A stretch of 62,014 bases of DNA from NCBI RefSeq assembly GCF_000315625.1, contig NW_005434448.1:1-62014 (forward strand), written 5' to 3'. The position numbers and the translations under genes are program-made. Origin of the DNA: Guillardia theta CCMP2712 (lineage: Eukaryota; Protista; Cryptophyta). Positions 1 through 22,400 of the stretch are shown one piece after another (the first letter of the stretch is position 1; each line of letters begins with the position of its first letter). A model generated the notes under the pieces. The model was not told the DNA's origin and did no database searches. It saw nothing but the letters and a program-made list of their open reading frames with translations.

Positions 1-563
1 GGATAAGGATTTGCAGGGCAGGGCAGGGCAGGGCAGGACAGGACAGGGCAGGGCAGGGCAGGGCGGGGCAGGCAGGGCAGGGAGTGCTACTATTATGTGG
101 AGGGGGGGAGGGGGCAAGGGAGAGGGATAAGGGATAAATAGTGCATAGAGATGTGCAAGTGGAAGAATAGCGGAGAATGGAGTGATGGAGAGTCATTCAA
201 TATAGTCGGCAACGTCGGTTGGATTTTTGCAAGCACTTTTGTTCAATCTTATATGCATCATCAACAACGAAAATGATGTGTTTTCTGCTCCGACATTTCT
301 TTGTGTTGCGAGAGCAGAGGGGTTGGTCATAGTTTGATGTCATCGTTATGTGAAATGGGAGATTTGTAGCAGATGCTTTATCGCTGGATGTTTGTTCTGA
401 TTTTTTGTCTCAGTTGGGGACAAGAAGGAAGCTGGAGTCCTTCAACCAAGCATAATGTCTGACGACTGCCCAGACTTCACTTGTGTAATGCACGTTAGCT
501 CCCTTGGCCCGTCCTGTTGATGTTCAGCGGCACGATTTTGAGCATTGAACGACAGGCAACTTA

Positions 564-3500
564 ATGTCTCCCATTGCTGAAGACTACGCGAGAGAGTTAG
601 ATCTTGCGCACGAGACCAATGGGATCTTGATGATTGAAGAAGGCTCACAACACGGAAAAGAAGTACAAGCACAGGAATCTTCGTCAAGGCCCAAGTCAAG
701 AATCACCGAAGATGCACGGCAATACATGTTGAAATGTACAGAACGGTCAGGAAGCCATATGCAGAATGAGTTTCATACTTATCGTCTGTCAATTTACCAG
801 AAAGAGTTGTGGAGGGTGTTCTGCTCTTCCAAACCCTTCTCAGCCGGCATGACGCTAATAAGTGTTCAGATCATTCTCCTTCTCCTTCTAGCCGACCTCC
901 TCTTTGGCCTCCCTGTGAATACTGCGATGTGGAATCTACCAGAATCCACGAAGAGGAGTGTCTCCTTTCAATACTTCCGGCTAAGAGTCTTGGCGCTCAG
1001 GAATGGTGCGAGTGGATCGGCGATCAAATCCATAGGGTTGACTTCTTGGGGGTTAATGCACCAAAATTGTGAGATTCCAGCCAGGGAAAATGGGTGGGTT
1101 GATGGTGTGAAACATGTTGAAGACCGCCAAGGTTCGATAGCATACCTGAACTTCTCTACGCCCGTGCTTGTTGATGGTTGGTTCGTCGTGACATCCAACA
1201 TGTCTGTCGAGATGGACCCCTCGACTTTCGTTGTCGAGGCACTCGAGGACGGGGAGTGGCAGATCCTTGGACTGTCGCACGCGTGTGGCTGGAGGCCCCT
1301 TGTAGAACTTGAGGAAGTACAAATCTCGAGTGACAAGCTCCCCTCGTTCACACTGCCGAAAGAGCGAGTGAAAACTGTCAAGTTCCTCAACGCGGATTCA
1401 AGGTGTGTTTGGGGATCTTGTGCACAGATGATTGGGAGATACGTCGAAGGGATTTCTCTTCTGCTCGCCGTCTTAGCAATCAGAAAGGGATGGTTCGAAT
1501 GGCCCGTCAAGGTATTCAAAACTTTGTCTGGGATGTTTTCGTTTGTTGTTGCATTCATTTCCAATGTCCCGTGCTCTGTTGTTCAGAGCAGATTCCATGT
1601 CGAATGTTTCGTGATGTTCTTCTGTCTTCAGTTTGATGTCCTTCATATTGATTTTTAGACGAGTGACACTGTACTCGCCAGCTCATCAGTGTCGCATTCT
1701 TCATTGGAGGGGTGGTAAAGATCAGTTCCTATGCTGCAATCTACGATTTATGGGAGCAGAACAATCAGATCGTTTTCATGGTCAACGGACTGGCGGTACA
1801 AACAAGATTCTCTCCTTCTTCATCCCCCTTGAGTAACTGCTCTCAACAGGACATCTTCGTCTTCCCAGCTCCTTTATTCTTCGATGAGTCATTCATACTC
1901 GAAACAGCCATCCTCGCCCAAGTCATCAAACTTCCAGTCAACAACTTGTCCGGAGACAATGTCGGGACTGCGTCCATACTGACAATGACTTCGGCGTTCG
2001 TCTTCTTGCTCATCCGACACCGGACCCGGGTCGTGTGCACGCGACAGATGCGAGAGATGAAGGAGAAGTTCGACAGCGCTTGGAACGTGCTGCTTCAAGA
2101 AGCCGGCAACTATGACGCGCTGCTGGCTCTCGACAACCTGGTGGCAGATCTTGAGATGAAGAGTCATTGGATGAGCACACCGAGGCAGCTTCGCCTTCCC
2201 TACCCTCAAAGAAACGCTCCCGCAGACCCAACGCAAGTTCAACGGGAAGCTTTGACCAGCGAGGATGTGAACGGCCAGAGTTCGACGAGTGACAACGAAG
2301 CTGGTCGGCCATCCTCCGGTCGTGCCCCCCTCGTCATCGAGAGGAACAGCCCCATGCTCTCAGCTGTCCTCGCCTCCATCCTGGCGCAAGAGCAGAGGGT
2401 GACATCGTTGGATCAGCTGTACGCGCGAAGTGTGACAGTCCAACCTCTGTTTGCGTCGAAGATCGTTGAGCTTGCGGAATCGTGTGAAGGAAGCTTCATG
2501 TTCTTCGACAATGACAACTTGATGTCTGCAAGGGATGTGAAGAAGAATGCGGACATGATGTCGTTGCTCACGAAGCTCTGTCTGAAACCTCTGGAGAGGA
2601 CGGTGGAGAAGCTTGTCGGGGCGTACGATGGCGACGTCTCGAGGCTCACGGACTTGGTGAGGCAGAGAATCGTCTTTGACAGCTTCAGCAACATCTTGCA
2701 ATGTCTGCAGACCATCTCGTCAGACCCCACGATCGAGATCGTGCAGGTGAAGAACAGGTTCCGCCCAGACGACGATGCCGTGAGGTCTGCGGGCTACCGC
2801 GACTTGTGCGTAAGGCTTCGTCTGAGGACAGACGAGACTCTGGCCATGGGCCTGGCCGGGTACGTCTGCGAGCTGCAGCTGTTCCATCGGAGATTCGTTA
2901 GCATTCTGAACGAGATGGACCATGAGGTCTACCTCAAGTTCCGCAGGGTGTTGAGGATGGAAGGGATCTACAAGCTGCAGAAGTTCCGGTCGTTGTTTAC
3001 GCGGTCGAAGGTCCTGTGCTCCTCGTCCGTGAGGTGTGTGGGGCTCTCGCAAGTTTGTGTCGCTAGGGAGGAGGAGGATGAGCAGCGGCAACAGCGGGAA
3101 GGGGGAGGGGAGAACGGGGAGCAGGAGGAGAACGCTGATGGGCAGGTTCAGGAGGAGGAGGAGGAGGAGGAGGAGGAGGAGGAGAACGAGGAGGATGTTT
3201 GCGAGGACAGAGCTCGCCAGATTCTCAAGTATCGCTGCCTCCTACCAGGGAATATCCTTGAGAGCCGTTTGAACCAGTTCTACCATGCGGTGAAGACGGC
3301 AGGGACAGCGAGTGTGCTGTTCACGCAGATCCCCTGCACTCTGGCGACGCAGAAGCCATGGGTCAAGATCTTTCTGTTCGCTACTTCCATCTACCTCCAA
3401 GTCATCTTCTTTGGTCCCGGGGGGTTTCTGCAGCAGTTCCTTGGGAACAACGTCTTCGAGGGGACCAGCTTCCGGTTCTCCTCCCTGCAGACGCGCAACG

Positions 3501-5101
3501 GCTCGCTGCCCGCCGACTCGGGCGTGGCCTCGATCGGCCTCCTCCTGAACGGGTGCAGGGTGACTGGGACGTTCAAGTTTGAGGAGAGAGGAACGGACTT
3601 CTTTCTCTTGAGCTCGAACCCTGTGAGCGCCAACGGCTGGTTCTTCCACGTGAAGGCGGAGCAGCCTCGCTCGCTCGATCCCGTGCGGTTCCGGCTCGAC
3701 GTGACGAGCAGCATGACCCCCAGCCTCCCCTCCTCCTCGTGGAAGACCGTCTCGGCATCGCACTGTGTGTGGGACATCGGGTCCTCCCGCTGCCTTCCCC
3801 TCCCTGAGATGGTCTTCCCAACCTCCTCCTCCCCGTCCGTGGCGAACGAGATCAGCTTGCACATCCCTTGGTTCAACGCGCTAGGCTCGATCTTCATCTA
3901 TATCCCCGTCTTCGTCTTCGTCTTTCTCGTCCCCGTCTTCGCTACCCTTGGGCGGACGTCGCTCACGCTCCTCTCGTTCGGCCTGGCCTTCTTCATCCCC
4001 GGAGTTATCGAGGTCATCGTCGGGGCCGCGAGCTTCAGCAACAGCCCTCTCTCCCTCCTCTACTGGCTCTTCCTGGGGTTCTCCTCCATCGTCTTCGGCC
4101 TCATCCTGAACTTCAAAGAGGCGTACACCATGACTTACGTTCCTATCCACTTCATCTTCTGCTTCACTGGCCTCCAGGTACAGAACTACCTCGTGTACAG
4201 GAACAACTCGTTCCAGCTCCCCCTCACGGCCTCGATCTTCGCCCTCGTCTGGCTTCTCTTCGTCGTCCTCCGCTTCTTCGCGCTGCGCAAGGCGCGGGAG
4301 GAGGTCTCTATGGACATGAACAAGTACAGTGAGCTGTGGCAGCGGACCAAGGAGGGGGAGGAGGCGTCGGAGCTGCTGAGCAGGCTCTCGAGGATGGGTA
4401 GGGAGTTCAACATGTCCAAGAGAGCAAGGCACCTCAAGAAGCGACTCAGCACGTCTGCCATCAGCACCGCCATGGAGCACTTCCCAGCTGTGAACGAGTC
4501 CTTCCGAAGGAAACAGCCTGCCCTGACCAAGGTCTGGTCCATGGACCAGGTGTATGCGCAGGCGTTCCTACTGCAGCCGCTGTTTCTCCACAAGGTCCAA
4601 CAGCTAGCCCTGCGGTCGCGCGGCTGTTTCCTGGCAGACTCGAACGAGTTCGAGCTGGTGAGGTGGGAGGGGGTGAGCAGGGAGGAGAAACTGAGGAGGA
4701 GAGTCAAGTTCGCCACAGTCAAGAGCGTGGACCGGGCGATGGAGAAGGCTTCGCGCTCCTATACGGGGGACGTGTCGCGGCTGACGGACATCGTGCGGCA
4801 GTGCATCGTGTTCACAAGCCTTAAGGACTTGGTGAGCTGCTTCGACGAGGTGATCAAGGACGACGAACTCCTCGTCCTCCGCGTCAAGAACAGGTTCGAT
4901 GACAGCTACGACGCCAACTTCTCCGCCGGGTACCGCGACCTCTGCATCAACGTGCTGCTGAGATCTGAGCTGGCTGCGAGCTGGGGGCTGTCGGGCCACG
5001 TTTGCGAGCTCCAGCTGACCCTGGAGGAGTTCAAGGAGTGGAGCTGGGAAGGGGAGGGTCACAAGAGATACGTCAAGTACAGGAACAAGCGCTGCGAGTA
5101 A
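564..5101 (+). CDS. Multi-pass membrane protein with two RelA/SpoT-like (p)ppGpp-synthetase-fold nucleotidyltransferase domains; internal tandem duplication, ~1440 aa
   Basis: ORFs 564-1658 and 1712-5101 join through a phase-0 GT..AG intron 1512-1681 (WPVK|LISVAFFIGG). A second in-frame 54-nt intron at 1796-1849 is likely. Two copies of K..xxR..EK / D-[LI]-V-R / [QR]VKNRF / SAGYRDLC / CELQL (about 2570-2950 and 4715-5100) resemble the RSH Syn1-Syn4 motifs. True start may lie further upstream. Confidence 0.8.
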
Positions 5102-5140
5102 GGAGGAGGATGGGACGAGTGGTCTTAAGAAGGGCGGGGC

Positions 5141-5172
<32 letters not shown>

Positions 5173-5303
5173 TTCGGGGGGTAAGAGAATTTTCTTCTTG
5201 CAACGGAAGAAGAGATGTAAATTAGACAAAATATTGAAATGTTCAGAAATCAAATATTTCATAAACTTTAATTTTGAAGCACACAGTCCCCTTCCCTCTC
5301 TAT

Positions 5304-5714
5304 NNNNNNNNNNNNNNNNNNNNNNNNNNNNNNNNNNNNNNNNNNNNNNNNNNNNNNNNNNNNNNNNNNNNNNNNNNNNNNNNNNNNNNNNNNNNNNNNN
5401 NNNNNNNNNNNNNNNNNNNNNNNNNNNNNNNNNNNNNNNNNNNNNNNNNNNNNNNNNNNNNNNNNNNNNNNNNNNNNNNNNNNNNNNNNNNNNNNNNNNN
5501 NNNNNNNNNNNNNNNNNNNNNNNNNNNNNNNNNNNNNNNNNNNNNNNNNNNNNNNNNNNNNNNNNNNNNNNNNNNNNNNNNNNNNNNNNNNNNNNNNNNN
5601 NNNNNNNNNNNNNNNNNNNNNNNNNNNNNNNNNNNNNNNNNNNNNNNNNNNNNNNNNNNNNNNNNNNNNNNNNNNNNNNNNNNNNNNNNNNNNNNNNNNN
5701 NNNNNNNNNNNNNN
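5304..5714. other. Assembly gap (others at 9207-9702, 16093-16192, 31721-32087, 34398-34497, 38995-39116, 41317-41416)
   Basis: Runs of N, mostly adjacent to simple repeats. Confidence 1.
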
Positions 5715-10221
<4,507 letters not shown>

Positions 10222-10639
10222 GGAGGTTCCATGCGGCGTTTGGTACAGGCATGACGCGGCTTGAAGCTGCAGCGCAAGCGCCTAGAGGACAGCGTTAGAG
10301 GAGCAGGACGAGGCATCTCATCAGAGGATTTACAACCTTCCCATCAGTATTCCATCACCCTCCTCTCCCTCCCTTGCCTTGTTTGTATCCTTCCCTTCCC
10401 GTTCCTCCCCATTCCTTCCCTCTCCTCCTCCGCCTCCACCTCAGCCTCTCACTCCTACTCATCGTCTCCACCATCACCACACCATCATCATCCTCCTCCT
10501 CTTCCTCCTCCTCCTCCTCACCTCCTCCCCCGCCTCCTCCTCTTACCAGCAGCATCGCCGGTTTGCCCGCCATCTTTCCGAACGTAGCAGGGGCAACCTG
10601 ATTGGCCGAGCAGGGAAGCAGCGGGGGATACAAAAAGTG

Positions 10640-11090
10640 GAAGGGGGGTAGGGTACCATAGAAATTGTGGGGTGGGGGTGATATCTTACAGGTGAATAGG
10701 GGTGAAAGTAATATAGAATTGGACGGGTAATCAGAACAACAAGGGATCCAGAGGGTGGGTCATGGCACACACAGGATACATTGGCAGGGAAATGTGGGGG
10801 TGCTGTGGATAAGGGGTGGGTCAATGGATGGGGTGGGTCCTTTCAGTAGCTCCCCCGGAAGATCTAAGGCGGGTATTTAAAAACTATTTGTAGTTAATTT
10901 TAAGTTTATTATAAATGTGAAATAAGTACACATATTCATACCAGTTAAATGCAAAATTGATAGAACACACCTTTTTCATATACTAAAATTTGTATATAAA
11001 AATATTAGATAATATTATAATTGGTAGCAATTTACAAGTGTAGATTGGGATACTAAAAGTCTTAAAAGTACCCTAACTAGGACGCTCTAC
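10640..11090. promoter_or_regulatory. Probable divergent promoter region between beta-amylase and the plastid protein
   Basis: Lies between head-to-head genes; GGGT[A/G]-rich patch followed by a strongly AT-rich block (~10870-11075). Function is inferred from position only. Confidence 0.4.
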
Positions 11091-11094
11091 TAAT

Positions 11095-13476
<2,382 letters not shown>

Positions 13477-14009
13477 GGAGGAGGAGGAGGGAGGAGGAGG
13501 AGGAGGAGGAGGAGGAGCGTCTGGTAGTATGACAGAGCAGGAGAGAATGAAGAGAGATGGGAATGAAGAAGAAAGAGACGATGGTGGCGGCGGGTGATGA
13601 ACATGATGATAATGTACACGACGATGACGATGATGACGATGACGCTGATTGAGATGATGATAATGATAATGATGATGATGATGTACATGATGATGATTGA
13701 GATGGAGATGGTTGAGATGATGACGATGATGTACATGATGTGCATAGTGATAACGTACATAATGATGATGATGATGATGATTGACATGTACAAGATTTCT
13801 CTCTTTTCTTCATCATTTCTTCTCGTCGCATCACAAGCTGCTTCACCTCGCCTCCACGATCTTGACTGAAATCATTCTCTCGCGATTTGAATTCTTCTCT
13901 TTCATAATTTTATTTCTTGTCCCATATTTTCAATTTCTCTAGCCTTTTCCGATCCCTTCCTTTCACCTCCCGTACATGAGTTGTCTTGACCCTGGTAGAC
14001 TCACAAGAG

Positions 14010-17686
<3,677 letters not shown>

Positions 17687-19014
17687 CGCGCAACAAGGGA
17701 GAGTAACTTGATTCGACCAGTCCTCGTGCTGAGAAGCGCCTCTGATGCCGCGCCTGGACATCGAGAGAAATATCGAGACGTCAGTGAAGCCTCGTATGAC
17801 TGTTGTTGAGCTCTCTGTATCATGCATGCGACCATGGAATCGAAAAGATACAAAAAGGGTCCTCCTTTCAACCCTCCCCTGCAGGGTGATGGTACGGTCG
17901 TCAACCATCGACTATCTTCTGTTGCTTCATGCATCTTGCACGACAAACATGACGAATCTACCTCTGACCCCTTTGTGTTGACATGCTTTCCCTCATACCT
18001 CCTACGGTCCTGAGACCCTCTCCTGACAAACATCTTCCTTCAAGTCCCTCTGATCCACTTCTTCCCCGCAGTTCACTAGCTCTGCTCCTTCACGTCCTCG
18101 TCTTCTTGTCCTTGATCCCTCTTCCCCCTTCTTCATTCCTCCTCCTCCTCCTCCTCCTCCTCCTCCTCCTCCTCCTCCTCTTTCTATCCCAATCGCCGCA
18201 TTGACGGAGCGGGGGGGCCGCTTCTTACAGCAAAATCCTCCCCACCCTAGCACACACCCCTCCTGAAGTACCCCCTACCCCCCATCTAATGCACATACCC
18301 CTTCATATGAATGGATCTCCAGTAGATCACATAGGGTACATCATGTACCCCATGAGGATGACTACCCCAACACAATGCATCCCTACCCACCATATTTTGG
18401 ACGCCGGGAGTCACCGGCCGGCTGGGCCGGGCCGGCGGCAGAACTTGATGACTCGGACTGAGCGGCTTTTGCACCGGGCCCGGGCCGCCGGGCCCCGCCG
18501 CCGGCGTCCGGAAGGCATCAACTAGCTCGTACTGATCTTTTTAACTTTGAGAAAAGAGGATTGGGTTTACTATTGAATTATCTGGAAAACTTTGAAACTT
18601 TAGGTAAGCAACAATCCCCCAAAGTTTCAAACTTTTAGGGATCAAACAGTGGACAACCGTTCACCCCCAACTCGGAAGTCAGTACGAACAGTTTACTCAA
18701 AGTTAAGTTAAAATCAGTACTAGGACAATCTTATAATTCCCTATACCCCATGGACCCTCTAAACATGCGACAAGTACCCCTGCCGTTGCCAATCTGTCAT
18801 GGAAGACTGGGTAGGGTACAGCGAGTAGGGGTGTTATATTAGTAAATATCAGGGGTGAAGCCACTAAAAGAGCCCCTTTGGCTCGAGGGGTGGGTAGGGA
18901 GTTGGTGACATAACAGAGACAGGCGGAAGAACTCACAGGGGAAAAGCAGAGGGATGAAGAAGACGCACAAGACTGTGACGAACAGAAAGTAAGAGAAAGA
19001 TACAAGAGAAGCTG

Positions 19015-19311
<297 letters not shown>

Positions 19312-19433
19312 AAGGGAGAGAGAGAGAGGGAGATAGAGATGGAGGGCGAGGGAGAGGGAGGGAGAGAGTGTGTGGGAGAGAGACAGAGAGACAGAGAAGG
19401 AAAAGCACAGAAACAAGTGACTACTAAGCAACC

Positions 19434-22400
19434 ATGCGACAACCATCTTTTGAGACACTGATGCACAAGACCCCTTGGAACGTTCACGATGACTTTTTGT
19501 TGGTGCTCCTTCTCTGTACATGCATGATGCATGCCACACCGGCCGCTGCATTATGGAGCAGGTCCTGCGGGGGATGTACCTTCAGAGTATCAGCGGATGG
19601 GAACTTGACAAGGACAGGAAATTGCACGACAACGTGTACGTCAGTAGATTTGAGCTATGCTGGCATTCGACGAATAGACGAAGGTGTCTTCAACAACACT
19701 TGGAGCTTGACTGAAATACGTCTCTCCGGCAACAAGCTGACGAGCGTACCTGCGACGGTCTTCGCCGGCCTTGCTAGCCTTCAGTACTTGTATCTCTCCT
19801 CCAACAAGCTGACGAGCATACCTGAGACGGTCTTCGCCGGCCTTGCTAGCATCCGGGTCCTGATTCTCTCCGGCAACGAGCTGACGAGCGTACCTGAGAC
19901 GGTCTTCGCCGGCCTTGCTAGCCTTCAGTACTTGTATCTCGACAACAACAAGCTGACGAGCGTACCTGCGACGGTCTTCAACGGCCTTGCCAGCCTCCAG
20001 ACCTTGTATCTCTCCTCCAACAAGCTGACGAGCGTACCTGAGACGGTCTTCAACGGCCTTGCCAGCCTCCGAAGCTTGTATCTCGACAACAACGAGCTGA
20101 CGAGCGTACCTGAGACGGTCTTCGCCGGCCTTGCTAGCCTCCAGACCTTGTATCTATACGACAACGAGCTGACGAGCATACCTGCGACGGTCTTCGCCGG
20201 CCTTGCCAGCCTCCAGACCTTGTATCTCTCCTACAACAAGCTGACGAGCGTACCTGAGACGGTCTTCGACGGCCTTGCCAGCCTCCGAAGCTTGTATCTC
20301 TCCTACAACGAGCTGACGAGCGTACCTGAGACGGTCTTCGACGGCCTTGCCAGCCTCCAGTACTTGTATCTCTCCTCCAACAAGCTGACGAGCGTACCTG
20401 CGACGGTCTTCGCCGGCCTCACCAGCCTCCAGACCTTGTATCTCTCCGGCAACGAGCTGACGAGCGTACCTGAGACGGTCTTCACCGGCCTTGCCAGCCT
20501 CCAGACCTTGTATCTCTCCTCCAACAAGCTGACGAGCGTACCTGAGACGGTCTTCAACGGCCTTGCCAGCCTCCAGACCTTGTATCTCTCCTCCAACAAG
20601 CTGACGAGCGTACCTGCGACGGTCTTCGCCGGCCTTGCCAGCCTCCAGTACTTGTATCTATACGACAACGAGCTGACGAGCATACCTGCGACGGTCTTCG
20701 CCGGCCTCACCAGCCTCCAGAGCTTGTATCTCTCCTCCAACAAGCTGACGAGCGTACCTGAGACGGTCTTCGACGGCCTTGCCAGCCTCCAGACCTTGTA
20801 TCTCTCCTCCAACAAGCTGACGAGCGTACCTGCGACGGTCTTCAACGGCCTTGCCAGCCTCCAGACCTTGTATCTATACGACAACGAGCTGACGAGCATA
20901 CCTGCGACGGGCTTCAACGGCCTTGCCAGCCTTCAGACCTTGTATCTCTCCTCCAACGAGCTGACGAGCATACCTGAGACGGTCTTCGCCGGCCTTGCCA
21001 GCCTCCAGACCTTGTATCTCTCCGGCAACGAGCTGACGAGCGTACCTGAGACGGTCTTCGCCGGCCTTGCCAGCCTCCAGACCTTGTATCTCTCCGGCAA
21101 CGAGCTGACGAGCGTACCTGAGACGGTCTTCGCCGGCCTTGCCAGCCTCCAGACCTTGTATCTCTCCTCCAACGAGCTGACGAGCATACCTGAGACGGTC
21201 TTCGCCGGCCTTGCCAGCCTTCAGTACTTGTATCTCTCCTCCAACAAGCTGACGAGCGTACCTGAGACGGTCTTCGCCGGCCTTGCTAGCCTCCAGACCT
21301 TGTATCTCTCCTACAACGAGCTGACGAGCGTACCTGAGACAGTCTTCAACGGCCTTGCCAGCCTCCAGACCTTGTATCTCTCCTACAACAAGCTGACGAG
21401 CGTACCTGCGACGGTCTTCGCCGGCCTTGCCAGCCTCCGAAGCTTGGGTCTATACGACAACAAGCTGACGAGCGTACCTGCGACGGTCTTCGCCGGCCTT
21501 GCCAGCCTCCGAAGCTTGAGCTTAGACTTCAACGAGCTGACGAGCATACCTGAGACGGTCTTCGCCGGCCTCACCAGCCTCCAGACCTTGTATCTATACG
21601 ACAACGAGCTGACGAGCGTACCTGAGACGGTCTTCAACGGCCTTGCCAGCCTTCAATACTTGTATCTCGACAACAACAAGCTGACGAGCATACCTGAGAC
21701 GGTCTTCGCCGGCCTTGCTAGTGTCCAGACCTTGTATCTCTCCGGCAACGAGCTGACGAGCGTACCTGAGACGGTCTTCAACGGCCTTGCTAGTCTCCAG
21801 TATCTGAATGTTTCCTCTAACGAGCTGACGAGCGTACCTGAGACGGTCTTCGACGGCCTTGCCAGCCTCCAGACCTTGGATCTCTCCTACAACAAGCTGA
21901 CGAGCGTACCTGAGACGGTCTTCGCCGGCCTTGCCAGCCTCCGAAGCTTGTATCTCGACAACAACGAGCTGACGAGCGTACCTGAGACGGTCTTCGCCGG
22001 CCTTGATAGTCTGTGGCGGCTGGATCTCCACAGCAACCGCCTTGCAAGCCTTGCTCTCAGCCTCTTCTATGACTGCCATGACCTCATGGAGCTCTACCTC
22101 AACAACAACCTGCTCTCCGGCCTCCTGCCCGGATCTCTCGACGGGCTTGTCAGCCTTGAAGCCTTGTATCTTCACAGCAATCAGCTCGCTGATATCTCTT
22201 CCGACGTCTTCGCCCAGCTCTCATCGCTCACAACCCTCACTCTTCATAACAACCGACTCTCCAGCTTGTCGCCAGGAGCCTTCGCCGGCCTTGCTCGGCT
22301 CACTACCTTGTCCATACATCACAATCGCCTCACCCGCCTCTCGCCCGGAGCCTTTCAAGGCCTGTCGACCCTCGCTACGCTGGACCTCCATGACAACCAC

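Noticed and set aside
564-1711. Two separate ORFs or a frameshifted pseudogene
   Set aside because: A phase-0 GT-AG intron (1512-1681) joins them and restores homology with the second half of the protein.
19700-22004. Regularly spaced repeat with variable inserts resembling a CRISPR array
   Set aside because: Period is exactly 72 nt and in frame, encoding LRRs; the variable parts are a few codons reused among units rather than unique spacers; no cas genes; eukaryotic context.
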